Source of the DNA: Podarcis filfolensis
Taxonomy: Eukaryota
Reading direction: 5' to 3' (one strand)
Assembly: GCA_964270895.1 (NCBI GenBank)
Contig: OZ185436.1
Length of the DNA stretch: 64,000 bases
The translations under genes and the position numbers were made by a program. The stretch's first letter is position 1. The number at the start of each line of letters is the position of its first letter. This document shows, piece after piece, positions 22,196 through 34,733 of this stretch. The notes under the pieces were generated by a model, which had not been told where the DNA came from, ran no database searches, and was given only the letters and a program-made list of their open reading frames with translations.

Positions 22196-22249
22196 CGTCA
22201 TTCCAGGATCTCCCTTCTCTCCTCGGAGGCCATCAAGCCCTGGACTTCC
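22196..22249 (-). CDS. COL7A1: COL7A1 exon-112 equivalent (54 nt)
   Basis: GSPGLDGLRGEKGDPGMT; AG/GT. Confidence 0.96.
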
Positions 22250-23744
22250 CTGTCAACAAAAACCAAAGGAATTCAGCAAGTGGATGACAGAAGACAATAC
22301 ATTATAATGCTAAGAAACTTACTCAATTTCTGGAAGATCTGCAATATAAGCTAGAGAAGGTGCTCAGTGTCAGAATTGGGAAGCCTCTGAATATGAATTG
22401 CTGGGAACGAAGAGCAGGAAGTGACTGCTACAGTGCTCATGTCCTGCTGCGAGCTGGTTGGTCATTGTGAGAAAATGACGTAAGCCTTTGGCCCTTACCT
22501 AGCCCAGGTGAGCTGCACCTTATTCAGAACCTATGGCCCTAATTAGTCATTTTCTGCTACCTGCTCTACACCTGCTAACAGCAGCACTGCTTTCAAAAGC
22601 AAGCGGCTCTGCAAGCGCCACCAATCAGCTGCTTGCCAACCCCGCAAGTGCTGTGCCTTTTACCTGCAAAGTCTGATTTCAAATGGTGAAGGCAAAGGAA
22701 AACATGTCACCGGACACCATCGTGATGTCAGGTGACCAACAGGGGTGCCCCTCCCTGCCAATCTGGCATATAAGGGTGTGGGAGGGGAGGATCCAGTCTG
22801 CCAGCTAGTTCCAGATCTGTACTGCTGAGAATACAGCCTAGAGAGCAAGGATCCTATGGCTGAAAGAAAATGCATCTGGCTGATGGCCAGAGAGTCCCTC
22901 GCTCCCTTCCCTTTCCTCCCCGCTGTGCCTAATATATTTTTCTTTCCTGTATCTTCCTTGCAGCTACAGCTAATGTACCCACCACAAACTCCTTCCACCT
23001 ATGGTTCTCAACTCCTCTACAGAACTTGCTCCTTTGCCTGACCCTGTCCAGTCTTGGCCTGCTCAGTGTATGGATCCTTCCCCAGCCTTCCTCGTGATCC
23101 CTGGGAAACTTCTGCACTGGGGCTCCATCAGCTGGGCACTGTTGCTGCTGTTGTCTGGAGCCCGTCGGTTCCATTTTATTGGCTTGGAGATACTAGTGTG
23201 ACCAAAGTAACTACTGATCCTGAAATAGTTTTTTATGTGTTCTTTTATCTATTAAAGCACTTACAAGTTGCCGCTCCAAATTAAAACCGAGGTTTCATGA
23301 AGATATGTAGCAAATAGATATAAAGGTGCAGCATTGTGAGAGGCTGAAATGAGCTTCCTGTCAAATTGAGTTTTCTCACTTTGCCAGAAGACTTGAGGTA
23401 TGATGAGGTTTCTGTTCTAGGGTTGTGGCTTAAACACAGACAGAGAGATTTTGGTGGCAGGTTTTAAAGCCCAGCCAGATGAAATCTCCAGTGAAATTTG
23501 GAGTGTGTGTGTGTGTGTGTGTTTTGTGCAGAAAGGACTTACCAGTTCCACAATCCTACAGGCCCTTGGACAACCTAGCTCAATAGCTCAAACTCTCTGC
23601 AGAGTAGCCTGTGCACCTTGAATAAATCTGAATAAGACCAAACCAGAACTGATGGAATTCCTTCACCCTTACTTTATTTCAAAGTAAATGAAGCAACCTG
23701 CCAGCTAGTCTTCTCCAAAGGGACTTACAGACATATTTACAAAC

Positions 23745-23822
23745 CTGCTCCCCTCTTTCTCCTGACAGACCAGGGACTCCACGGGCTCCTACAACGGACT
23801 CTCCTGGTGGCCCTCTCTCACC
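23745..23822 (-). CDS. COL7A1: COL7A1 exon-111 equivalent (78 nt)
   Basis: GERGPPGESVVGARGVPGLSGERGEQ; AG/GTTTG. Confidence 0.96.
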
Positions 23823-24132
23823 CTAAAATGGGGAAATCAAACACACCAAGACAATTGCTTTATTTCGCTTCTTCTTTTTTAGCACTTCTTGCATTGCCTC
23901 TCCAGCTCAGAAGTTATGTGGCCCTTTAAAAAGAAGAAGAGACAGCAGGTTTGGGGGGACACGGGGCCTCCAGATCATCACTATTTTGTGGGAGGGATTC
24001 AAGCGCAAAACCGGAGATTTAGATTTGCACAAATGAAGCGGATCAAAGCCCTAGCGCAACAAATCAACCTTTTTTTTTTTAAAAAAAAGCACAGACTTTC
24101 AGGAAAGTGGTGTGGAAATTATGGGCACTTAC

Positions 24133-24249
24133 CTTCTGCCCTTGAATCCCTTCTGGGCCTTTTGGGCCAATGCTGCCAGGGGGTCCAGGGGGCCCTGGTG
24201 GTCCATCACTGCCCCTGGGTCCTGGAGAGCCAATAATGCCTGGAGCACC
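24133..24249 (-). CDS. COL7A1: COL7A1 exon-110 equivalent (117 nt)
   Basis: [39 protein letters not shown]. Confidence 0.96.
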
Positions 24250-24936
24250 CTATGAAATAAGGAACAGAGGATAAGAATAGGAACATGGTATCCCTAACCT
24301 GCAAACAAAACTGATTGCCCCTTGCTTCTGCATAAGGCCAATATTATGCAATGCTGACATGGACTAAAATAGTTCAAATAATAAGATGATTTTCTCCATG
24401 CCTTCAAAAACAAAATGCACTTCACCGATAGGAGGATTCCAGTGTTATCACAGCTGCTTACAGCCCTTTACAACAGTGCTCTTGCTATCAGATGGGAAGT
24501 ATTTATCAGTTGCCTACTACACGTTGTAGTATACTGGCCCACTGTTCATTTTCACTTGATGCCAATACCATTCTTTCTGGGTTATGGAGCAATTCTTTTT
24601 GCTTTCGTCATGCGCTTGAATGAAATACGTCTACCATAGTTCTATGTAGACAATGTGATTCCCGTTTCACACGCCACACTTTTTACTCAAAGGGCCTTGC
24701 AATTTTTGATGGAAACAGCTTTGCTTAGCAATTAATGAGGTTTCACAAGCGTCATCCTCAAAGTTGCCCAACAGACGCACAGAAGATGAAGCGCATGTCC
24801 GAAGGCATCGCACTGTGTGCCAGAGCACAGAAAAGGGACATGCAGGGATGCTCTCAAATTCTTCAGCAGTCTGAGACTACCTTTGATCCCGATGAAACCA
24901 GAAACCTCACCACTTTCCAGGGAAATGACAACATAC

Positions 24937-24999
24937 CCTGTCCCCCTTTTCTCCTTGGTCTCCTTTGGACCCCTGTTGGCCATCAAATCCTCTGTCGCC
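24937..24999 (-). CDS. COL7A1: COL7A1 exon-109 equivalent (63 nt)
   Basis: GDRGFDGQQGSKGDQGEKGDR. Confidence 0.96.
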
Positions 25000-25119
25000 C
25001 TAATAACAAAAAACATATTGATCAAGTATATAACTTAAGTGGACTTTCTAGATGTGTCTGTAAGAGTAAGCATTTCATAAAGACCACCCCCCCCAAAGAA
25101 AAACCAGACCCAAGAACAC

Positions 25120-25166
<47 letters not shown>

Positions 25167-25340
25167 TTATTTATACCCCGCCCATCTGGCTTGGCCTCCC
25201 TAACATTAAAAGCTTCCCTAAACAGGGCTGCCTTCAGATATCTTCTAAAAGTCTGGTAGTAGTTGTTCTCTTTGACATCTGGTGGGAGGGTGTTCCACAG
25301 GGCGGGTGCCACTACCGACAAGGCCCTCTGCCTGGTTCCC
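25120..25340 (-). mobile_element. L2/CR1-superfamily LINE 3' fragment with (TTA)n tail
   Basis: Minus strand encodes RALSVVAPALWNTLP...FRRYLKAALFREAF (LINE ORF2 C-terminus), then GATGGGCGGGGTATAAAT and the microsatellite at 25120-25166. Confidence 0.75.
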
Positions 25341-25438
25341 ATCCTTGGTACTTCCATCTTGTTGGGATGCAGCTTCATATTCCTGGCCATCCTCCAGCCC
25401 AATTAACTGAGTCCACATAAATGTTCTCTAGTCCATAC

Positions 25439-25501
25439 CTTGGGTCCAATGAGGCCCTCTTTCCCGGGGATTCCGGGGGTTCCAGGCAGGCCCACCTCAC
25501 C
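25439..25501 (-). CDS. COL7A1: COL7A1 exon-108 equivalent (63 nt)
   Basis: [21 protein letters not shown]. Confidence 0.96.
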
Positions 25502-25590
25502 CTAGGAAAAGAAAGCACAAGGTAGGCTGACCTCTCTAAACACATGTCTTGCCACACACTGCTTCATTGGCATGTGTTGGGAACACTTAC

Positions 25591-25644
25591 AGGGTCACCC
25601 TTCCTTCCGGCAAGTCCCATTCGGCCTGGCAGGCCTGGCTCTCC
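25591..25644 (-). CDS. COL7A1: COL7A1 exon-107 equivalent (54 nt)
   Basis: GEPGLPGRMGLAGRKGDP. Confidence 0.96.
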
Positions 25645-26328
25645 CTAGAAGAGACAGAGGGTCCAATAGTGAGAAAGGACACAAGAGAAGGACATGCTGG
25701 GTGGAAATGCTAGCATGGCAGTGTGATCACACAGTCTTCATAGGAAGAGCGGTTGCTCTCTTGGACAGAGGTGGGCAACCGTTTTGCCCTCAAGGGCAAC
25801 AAGAAGTGATGGGCAGGCACAGTGGTGGGCAGGGGCATAAGCACAACCACACACACAGACATCCTCTCCTGCTGCTGTGCTGTCACACATCGCTCACACA
25901 CAGCCACATGTTACACATGTACGCAGAATGATCTCAGCTGCATCAGGATTGCTGGAGAAAGGGGAGGCTAAAGATTTGAATACCTAGTGATCCTGATGCA
26001 GCAGTGGTTGCTATCCCTGTGCTGCTGACAGCAGTGCAGGGACAGCAATCCTTTTGAGGCTGGGATCGCTGAGGAACAGGAACAGCAACCCTCCCCCCCC
26101 CATTGCTCAGCTGATTGGAGTTTCTGTGCAGTTACACATACAGATTCTGTATCTGCCCAAAGCAATGTTTTGAAAACTTCTAGTGCTTTAGAGAGGGGGG
26201 TGGAATCCCCTTGCACTAGAGCTAATCCTTACACTGGCATTATTTATTTAAGTACCACCCAATGTGTCATACATAATGCAAAAAAAAAGAAAAAGAAAAA
26301 AGGAACCAAGAGAAACTTTGGCACTTAC

Positions 26329-26382
26329 TTTCTCCCCCTTATCTCCATCCTGGCCACAGGCTCCTTTCATCCCTCGGTCCCC
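26329..26382 (-). CDS. COL7A1: COL7A1 exon-106 equivalent (54 nt)
   Basis: GDRGMKGACGQDGDKGEK; contains the conserved GAC Cys. Confidence 0.96.
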
Positions 26383-27011
26383 CTACAACAGGTAGAAGAG
26401 AAATAGAAGACCACAAATGAGTCTTAAACTATTTTTATAGTACTGTTCAGTGTACACAGCTCGTGGCCATTCTTTACAAAAAATTATTAGGATTTTAGTA
26501 TACATTTCCTGACCCCTTCCCAGACAAAACAACAGCAAGCCCATTGGTGACAATAGCATAATAACCATCTGGTGAAATGGACCAGGATGAATAATACAGA
26601 ATTTCCCAATAAGCTGCATGATTGAGGAATGATTTGAACATGGATCTCCCACATCCAATCCAAGGTTTTTACCCACTGTGCCAGGCCAGCAGGGGATGTA
26701 TTCTGCCAGTATAATCCAAGGATCTTCACACCCATTTCTGATGAGCCACAGGGGCAGCTTTTACATGCAACCATTGATTACAAGATGAAGAAACCTTTTC
26801 TTGATAATGCAAGCAGTCTTGGGCTATAAGAAGCAACAGCACACCCCACAACCACCAAAAAATCTGAACTTCCCCTTTGATAGTTCTCAAGTATATTAAA
26901 ATAGCTTTGCCAGAGAGGTTCAGCTCACTCTGTTTCGTGACAGGGCTCACATAGTACTTCCTTGTCTGGAAAGTATCCATACAAAAGAAAGCAAATCACG
27001 CCATGCCACAC

Positions 27012-27092
27012 CTTTGGACCTCGCATCCCAAAAGGACCCATGTCTCCTTTCTCCCCTCTGGTGCCCGGGATGCCATCCTTTCCGGGTTGGCC
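27012..27092 (-). CDS. COL7A1: COL7A1 exon-105 equivalent (81 nt)
   Basis: GQPGKDGIPGTRGEKGDMGPFGMRGPK. Confidence 0.96.
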
Positions 27093-27186
27093 CTGGAGGG
27101 ATAAAGAGGAAGGCAAGTCACTGTGAATCTCAGGCTGCGATCTGCATAAGACAGAGCAGAAAGAGCAGCAAAGGACAAGTCCTCAC

Positions 27187-27222
27187 CGGCTCTCCTGGTT
27201 CTCCTGAGGCACCAACTTCTCC
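27187..27222 (-). CDS. COL7A1: COL7A1 exon-104 equivalent (36 nt)
   Basis: GEVGASGEPGEP. Confidence 0.95.
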
Positions 27223-27804
27223 CTGTGCAAATACACAATATGGAAATGCTTAATACAAAGGTGAGAATTCAAGTGGGCAGGTATGCTAAAGAAGAAACCT
27301 GCACACAGATCTGCATGCAACAAAGATCAAAGGCTGGGAGATGGCCATTTCAGCTTCACAATCTAAATTAAAACTTTTGCTGGTCTCAATGAGAGTCTCT
27401 AAAAACAATGAAGACTACAAAAGGGCATCATTCTGCTGACATCTTTGAACTTTCTAACATGCACAAGCCACTCCAGAATGACAGCCTTCTTGCTAGCAGA
27501 AGTTTCAAAGCACCTGCAATGATATCTGAAAAGAAGATGAGATTGCATCGATATCCTAGCTGCTGTCAACCAGCCATATTACCAATACTGTAGATTGCAA
27601 CCTTTGAGTACGGCCGTCCTATATTTTTAGACGTGAAACCTGCGGGGTCATTTGTGCAGTAGTCTTTAAGAAAGCAGGTGTCTCCTAAACCCACCCTAAA
27701 CGAAAAAGTGTTCTTCACACCCAACATCCCCACCAGTCAAACGGTGTCATTCCTGAAGTCATATAGGACAACAGTAATCAGTGAACTATGAGATAACCTC
27801 TTAC

Positions 27805-27876
27805 CTTCTGCCCACCAGGACCACGTGCTCCTGGGAATCCTGCTGACCCCTTCTCTCCCTGCTCACCTCTCGCTCC
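27805..27876 (-). CDS. COL7A1: COL7A1 exon-103 equivalent (72 nt)
   Basis: GARGEQGEKGSAGFPGARGPGGQK. Confidence 0.96.
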
Positions 27877-28397
27877 CTATAGGTTATAAAAGTGAACGTT
27901 AATGAAAAATATGGGCAACAGAGAAAAGAAGTTGGTAGTCCCATCCTGGTGCTGAAGGGACAAAAATCACTTTCCAAAATTACTATAGGCCAAAGCCAGA
28001 GTTTAGGAGTCATGTGTTCAACTTATTCCTAGCCGAGATCAGACAAGCTTCCTCCCTGTTGGAACTTGGTGAAGACATTTTTAATTCAGCAAGCACTTTA
28101 AGCTTTCTGAAGTTATGGTTAATTTTAATTGATTGTACCGTTATTATATCTTTTGGTAACCTTATTGTACACCAGTTAGAATTCAGAATTTGAACCTACT
28201 TCTTTCAGCCTGCCTTGCTGATGTCCTAGTAGTGTTTTGCAGCCCCCCCAACCCCCACCACCACTTGTACTGAGTTGGCAACTTTATGATGTGTGTAAAA
28301 TATGGCCCCATATCTGCTCATTGCCTTCAGACACAGGTATGCAACCCCAATCCAATGCAAGTCATGTATGCAGGTACCCAGGGATTTGCTCTGGTAC

Positions 28398-28469
28398 CTT
28401 CTCTCCAGAGATGCCTTGGTCTCCTTTGTCACCTTTGTCACCTTCCATCCCTTTTAGGCCACGGTCTCC
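28398..28469 (-). CDS. COL7A1: COL7A1 exon-102 equivalent (72 nt)
   Basis: [24 protein letters not shown]. Confidence 0.96.
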
Positions 28470-28687
28470 CTAGAAAAGGATGGGAAAGAGGGATTATCAG
28501 TAAATAACCAGCAGTGCAGTCGGAAGAGTACAAATGGTATATATGATATGATATTGGGTGAAACGTCAACAGGTACAAGGAAAGAAAACTAGTTGAAAGG
28601 ACTAGGGATGCAGACTTCAGTGCAACATGTCCCCCCCCCCCAGCCACATGGCAGAGGTTTTTTTAAATATAAAGCCAAGACACTTAC

Positions 28688-28744
28688 TGGTTCCCCTTTG
28701 TTCCCCCGAGCACCTGGTGGGCCCTCCACAACGGCAGTGTCACC
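28688..28744 (-). CDS. COL7A1: COL7A1 exon-101 equivalent (57 nt)
   Basis: GDTAVVEGPPGARGNKGEP. Confidence 0.96.
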
Positions 28745-29442
28745 CTGCAATTGAGAGAAAGCAATTGCCAATCAGATCATACGTCTGCATCCCCCACTCC
28801 TGTTGGTCATGTGAGCAACAATCACTTTCTCCCGGGCAAATTCAAATTTTCAGTCCAGACAGCATCAACAGAAGCAAAATCCAAGGCACAAACCCAAGAG
28901 AGAGCACCAGCTTACTTCATAGCTACAGAATGATTAGAGCAATTGCAAGGTCAAGAAAAAACTTGCAGTTTGGGGATAACACCACATACTGCTAACTAGA
29001 CCAATATCGGAAGCTGCCTTATTGTGTGTCAGAACATGGCTGTATCCAGTTCAGTATGGTCTATAATGAAAGGCAGTAGGTCTCTTTTAGGCAGGAGTTT
29101 CTTTCTCAGCCCTACCTGGTGATGCTGGGGCTTGTACCTGTTACCTTTTGCATGCAAAGAATGTGCTCTACCTCTCAGCTACAGCCTTCCCCATACAGAC
29201 ACCACCTGACTCTCTATAAGCAGAGCTACTGCTGTATGTGGATGGAAGCTCATCAGTGAACGCCCTGATATCTTCTTTCCCAAGGCCAGACTAATGTGCA
29301 TCAGGCGGAAACATGGTGTTTGCAGAAGTAGCTCTGCCAGCAGGGATGTGTTTTTTTCCTTCCTTGCTTTGAAGGGTTTGGGCTTGGAATCCCACAAGGT
29401 TGCGTTCAATCATCACAATCCTGCCACGGATGGAGCTCTCAC

Positions 29443-29478
29443 CTTGTCTCCCTTCAGCCCCATGAGCCCAACATCTCC
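29443..29478 (-). CDS. COL7A1: COL7A1 exon-100 equivalent (36 nt)
   Basis: GDVGLMGLKGDK. Confidence 0.95.
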
Positions 29479-30256
29479 CTAGGAGAGAAGAAAGTAAAGG
29501 TGAAAATAAGTCGGTTGAATTCATCATTCTCAAGATTCCAGTCTCAGGTTATTTTCTACTCCTCAGACTAGGCCAACTGCAAGCATATTTGGGGAATTGT
29601 CAATATAATTTCAAATATTTATAATATTGAAGGGAGCGAGACTTTGTGCTGGCCATCAGGCAATGGCTTTTCCACCTGCCTTGCCCCACATTCCAGCCCT
29701 AGGAACCTTCTGAACCATGTTGCCACCACAGACATTATGTGTAGGTGTCTTTTGATGAACTGACTGGAAGATTATGAGTCCTGGGGGTGGGGAGTGCTTA
29801 GTTTGTTTTTGGTTGCTAGTTTGTTCATGTTGTTAATATTGTTTTGTGGATTATGAGTGCTGTAGCGCTTTGTGAATTTTATAGTAAGACTTTTGTTGTG
29901 GGTGTGTTGCTTAGCTTATTGTTTTAGTCATTTTGTAAAATAAAAATTTACAGAATAAGCTAAAAAAGCCAGCTGTTTTCATTGTCTCAAGTCACTTAGA
30001 GGTTGACTCTCAGTCTCTGCAATATAAGTTTCCCTTTGCTCGTGCGCCCAAGAGTGATTACACCAGTGGGTAACACTAGGAGACAAATAATCTGATTTAG
30101 CCTTCCTTCAGTGGTCTTGATCCAGAGTTTTATTCCTAAAAATATTGCTATTTCAATGGTCAGCAGGAAGGAAGGGATGACACGAAGGCAGCCTTTACCT
30201 CATTCATTTCCTTCTTACAATTCCCCAGCCCAGCCCACAAAGAAGACTTTACTTAC

Positions 30257-30292
30257 TTTGTCACCTCTCTCCCCTCTGTTTCCTGGAGGCCC
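30257..30292 (-). CDS. COL7A1: COL7A1 exon-99 equivalent (36 nt)
   Basis: GPPGNRGERGDK. Confidence 0.95.
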
Positions 30293-30394
30293 CTAAAGAC
30301 AAAACAGAAGGGAGGTCATTTCAGAATGACAACCAACGCTTATGCTCAGGTTTGAGGAAGCAAAGAAAGAATGAAGGGGAGTCAAGATATTTAC

Positions 30395-30439
30395 AGCAGG
30401 CCCACGATCTCCTTCCATCCCTGGGCGACCATCTTCACC
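30395..30439 (-). CDS. COL7A1: COL7A1 exon-98 equivalent (45 nt)
   Basis: GEDGRPGMEGDRGPA. Confidence 0.95.
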
Positions 30440-30592
30440 CTGAGGAAAAAAAGAAGAGAAGGGCATTGAAGCAGGTGAAAGGAAAGAGCACAGGATGGGG
30501 AAGAGGTTGCGACTGAACCTAACATGATAACCTATCACAACACTCAGCAGGCAGATGAATCCTGAAGATGCCACATCAAAGTTAAGCTAAGG

Positions 30593-30730
30593 CAGGGGCA
30601 GCCAGCATGACATCCTCCAGAGGTTGTTGGAAACCAACTCCCATCAGACCCAGCCAACATGGCCAGTGTTCAGGGATGATGGGACTTGTAGTCAAGCAAC
30701 ATATGGAGGGTGGCAAATTGGCAACCCCTG
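30593..30730. mobile_element. hAT (Charlie-type) MITE
   Basis: CAGGGGCAGCCA...TGGCAACCCCTG termini; perfect 8-bp TSD AGCTAAGG at 30585-30592 and 30731-30738; more degenerate relatives near 9280, 12200 and 15840. Confidence 0.88.
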
Positions 30731-31054
30731 AGCTAAGGAGATCTTCAGAAAATATCGAAGTAGGGTTCTGCTTGGGTTTCTAAAGGTTTATTCTACAGAA
30801 AGACAAAATGGTGCCAGTCGTTTTTGTTGCCTGATGGCCATGAATATCTGTTCCTCCTCCTCATGGAAACCAGAAACTAAAAGGTTGCTACAGACTTTTC
30901 CTTCAAACAGTGCAAAATCCCACATAGCCACCTGCTCTGTCTCTGTTTGCTGCTTGTCTGATACAGATAGACTGCCACACCTATATATTGAGGTGAGCTG
31001 ATTTCACCCCACAAGTTTGGGCCTAAGTCTGAGAAGCAGAATCAAGATACATAC

Positions 31055-31114
31055 CCGGGGTCCTGGATCTCCTCGCTCGCCTCTAGCGCCTGGCTGCCCA
31101 ATACCTATGGCCCC
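31055..31114 (-). CDS. COL7A1: COL7A1 exon-97 equivalent (60 nt)
   Basis: GAIGIGQPGARGERGDPGPR. Confidence 0.96.
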
Positions 31115-31687
31115 CTAAAATAAATAAATAAATACATGAGGAAAATGAAAATCCATCCATCATCCTGTTGCTATGTGCAACCTTTTCTCAATGAATTTAA
31201 GGAGCCAGCAACTCAGCAAAGCTTTGCCTCTATTTAAAGATCCTCAAACTTTGTCAGAATATTTCCAAGGAAAAAATAGGCTTGATATAACTTAAGTAAT
31301 AAGGTATTTTTTTAAAAAAAAAAACAATTCTCTGAATAATGCAAAAAACTAAGTCTCATTAGTGCAGCAGTTCATTGGTTCTTCTTTTTTCGGTTTATAT
31401 AGTGTGATATTGGGCAGAAACAAACTTCCTGCAAGATCTTAAACGGATACTATCTGATCTGAGACTATAGGGGCTAAAACCTGCCTTTCTTACACTAGAA
31501 ACTGATATATATATTTTAGATTTCTTAACCAGTTGCCAGATTCTACCAAATTCTATGCACCAAGTTTCATAAGGACCAGCAGCCCTGAGCAACAGCACAC
31601 TGTACAAATTAAGCAGGTGGGGCCATGTGTGCATCACCATCTTTTTTTCAGAGCTTCTGGAGGCTACTGGGCAAAATCAGGGCTTAC

Positions 31688-31723
31688 CTTGTCACCTTTC
31701 ACTCCTGGAATGCCTTGTGTACC
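31688..31723 (-). CDS. COL7A1: COL7A1 exon-96 equivalent (36 nt)
   Basis: GTQGIPGVKGDK. Confidence 0.95.
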
Positions 31724-31907
31724 CTATAATAAAAAAGTGATGGGGAAAGGGGGGGGGGAGGAAAAAAGAACCCAGGTGAATATTGCAGCACCCACACAGG
31801 AATACACACAAGGAACACTGTGGCACATGGGATAGGATCCAGCTAGAATGCATCTATCTATCTATGCAATCCTCACCATACACCCACATTGAAAATGCTG
31901 TACATAC

Positions 31908-31979
31908 CGCTGGTCCTTGTGGTCCAGGTGGACCTGGAGGTCCTGCAGTGCCCTCCCTTCCAGGAAAGCCAGTCTGACC
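31908..31979 (-). CDS. COL7A1: COL7A1 exon-95 equivalent (72 nt)
   Basis: GQTGFPGREGTAGPPGPPGPQGPA. Confidence 0.96.
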
Positions 31980-32350
31980 CTGGTGAGGAAAACAGCTGTC
32001 ACTGCAAAAGCTTTTATTAAGCAGGGCTAGAAACGATCCATCCTTTTCAGTGAACCCAAACCCAGAACCACATGATGTCCCTCTTTGTTTAGAACCAGGC
32101 TGGGTTGCTCAAAAGCTACAAGGAAGCCCAAATAAACTAGGACAATGTTCATTGCTATGGACAACTTCAGAATCACATGCCAATCCTGGGGCAGCTATCA
32201 AAGCATCCGACAAAAGAATAATGTTCAGTCATGGAACAGCTACACACCTGAAGCTCCTTGTGGCTCCTAAAGACTACCATTAATTTATCTTGGCAACAGA
32301 GGAAGGAAGAGCATAGGAGTTTGAAGGGTGGTGGTGGTGACCTCCCTTAC

Positions 32351-32476
32351 CCTCTCTCCTGGAGGTCCTGAAAGGCCAGCTGGTCCGTTTTCTCCTCTCA
32401 GACCTGGCTGGCCTGGAATCCCAGCTGCGCCTGGTGAACCTGGAGGCCCTGGAGGTCCAGGCAAGCCAGGGTCTCC
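32351..32476 (-). CDS. COL7A1: COL7A1 exon-94 equivalent (126 nt)
   Basis: [42 protein letters not shown]. Confidence 0.96.
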
Positions 32477-33048
32477 CTGAAAAGAAACCGCATGACATTA
32501 TGTCAGATCCAGAAATAGGTAATCCTTATGGCCACACCCCCTTCTTCCCCCATCCCAAATATCTGACAACCATTTTCACTACAAATTCATAAAAGTGGCT
32601 AAGTATGAGGCTTGCACTCATAGTTTTATAATTATTATTCTAACCTTTCGAATACACCTAGACAATAGAACTGAATAGATTATGTGCCTTTGAAATATCT
32701 TTTTTATCTGGCTAAAACTCAAAAGGAACAGAAACCCAAAACCCAGGCTTAGAGTATAGTACTGAATGAAGCAATTTCCAAATTTACAATCTCAGCTATG
32801 GAACATTAACATTCCTCTGTATTTGGTTCTGTATTCTAAGACGTAGTACTTTGATGTTACTTTTTCCTGGTTCTGATTTGCAAACCATAAGAAGAATAGC
32901 AAAGTTTCTTCAGCAGGAGCTGTCCACCAAAGGCAGTGCTGAAATAGTTTGAAGAGGCTTATGCATCCTGAGGCTAAAGCTGTGTAAAGGAGCAAAATCC
33001 AAAAAGCTGCATACCATGGGGTCACAGAAGTAACAGGAAAGGGATTAC

Positions 33049-33108
33049 CTTTAATCCTGGAGGTCCAGTTTGCCCAGGAGGTCCCTGTTGGCCAATCCCA
33101 AGTGAACC
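33049..33108 (-). CDS. COL7A1: COL7A1 exon-93 equivalent (60 nt)
   Basis: GSLGIGQQGPPGQTGPPGLK. Confidence 0.96.
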
Positions 33109-33292
33109 CTGAATGATGCAGATGAAAGAAAAAGCAATTGTGTACCTAGATAATGAATAAATATTAAGATCTGGTTGCTTATCTCCCAATAGACTGCACT
33201 GAGAGTGCTAATGGTGGGTCGTTAGCTCACATGGAAGGGATGGCATAATTTAGTTCATTTTCAGGTGGCTCACTGACTGGGAAGCAAGCTGA

Positions 33293-33600
33293 TGTTATGG
33301 TCCCTACCTTGGGGTCCCAGTGTCAATCTCAGGCGGATGTAGATGGTGCATTGGCCGTCCCCCTTGAAGGGGATCCCTCAGCACTTACTTCTACACTGTC
33401 CTGGGATGAGGATGTGGTTCTCCTATCATCTCCAGTGTCTGAGGTTGAGTCACCTGCAGCTTCTCCTATTCCCCAACCACACAGAGCCATGCGACTGCAG
33501 AATAGCTACAGGCCTTTTAAAGGCTGCTCACAGCTCTTCCAAGGGGATAGAACCCAAGATGACTCTGGGCTCTGGTTGAGACAACAACTTCCCTAACTCA
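33293..33600 (+). mobile_element. Possible degenerate LTR fragment
   Basis: Starts TGTTATGG; carries an acidic, then Pro/Arg-rich short ORF resembling the element at 36252; no 3' end or TSD found. Confidence 0.35.
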
Positions 33601-33895
33601 GCAGGCTCAGTGGGGACTGGACTGGACTGGGCAAACTTCCTCTGTGGGCTGCAAACTGGACAAGAACAGGATAGTTCAGATGAAATATAACATGGATGCT
33701 CTCAGTCCCCATTTATCAGCACCATTTTGACTGCTACTGAGTTCCTGGCCACTAACAGATACTTGGGACAATGCAGAGTTAGGAACATCTAAGAATATTG
33801 TACATGGACAAGAAAAGCACACTTAAAAGATTTAATAAACATTTGGACTTTAATCAACAGAAGCTTCAACAAAACACATGAGAACCACTGTATAC

Positions 33896-33931
33896 CTTTT
33901 CTCCCTTGATTCCAGATGATCCTTTGGCTCC
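33896..33931 (-). CDS. COL7A1: COL7A1 exon-92 equivalent (36 nt)
   Basis: GAKGSSGIKGEK. Confidence 0.95.
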
Positions 33932-34476
33932 CTATTAAAATCCAAAAACAGAAAAATAGCAAAAGGTGTTAGGTGCATTGATGTTAAGAGTGATGTTAAG
34001 GTGGCAGGAGAGAAAAGAATGAGGCAACACATTTTGAATACAAAAAAGGCAGTATAAAAGAGACGGGGTGAGGGGAATTGGCCATCATATGCTCTGAGGA
34101 TAGGCAGTAAAATGTTAGCAAGTAATAGGTTTAAATTACAGGAAGGCAGATTTTGTTAAGCATTAGTAACCATTGAACTAGTTGCTTGGGTATGTTATAG
34201 ACTGAGTTCTGTTTTGGGGGTTTTAAAGAAAAGGTTGCCCAGTTTTGTTGGTACTGGGTATCCTCCCCAGGGTATTGCACTAAATTACGAATAACCACTC
34301 TAAAAATAAAGTCATTTCAATCTATCACACTTTACAAGGTCTATTTTTCGCCTATCCAGGACTTGCCTCAGGTTCTTTTGTCACTGCCTAGCCTTCCACA
34401 TATTTTCATCTAGGATTGTGTTGCTTCATGAATATCAGGCAGCTATGTTTTTACATAGCCTATTGTCCCTCCAGTC

Positions 34477-34480
34477 ACAC

Positions 34481-34515
<35 letters not shown>
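34477..34515. repeat. (CA)n microsatellite
   Basis: Direct tandem run with one interruption. Confidence 0.9.
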
Positions 34516-34518
<3 letters not shown>

Positions 34519-34688
34519 GTTCAATCGTTCACCCTAGGAGGTTGCCTCCGTAGGGAAACAGGCACCCCATTTTAGGAAATCAGATGATGCATGGCTACTC
34601 TTCCAACACCCAAGTCACATTCATTGGACAGGGATCCCTCCATGCCAGTGGTACTTTGATCATGCATTTCATTTTACATAGTACGTAC

Positions 34689-34733
34689 ATCTTCTCCAGG
34701 ATCTCCAGGATCTCCTTGATTCCCAGGTTCACC
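34689..34733 (-). CDS. COL7A1: COL7A1 exon-91 equivalent (45 nt)
   Basis: GEPGNQGDPGDPGED. Confidence 0.96.
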
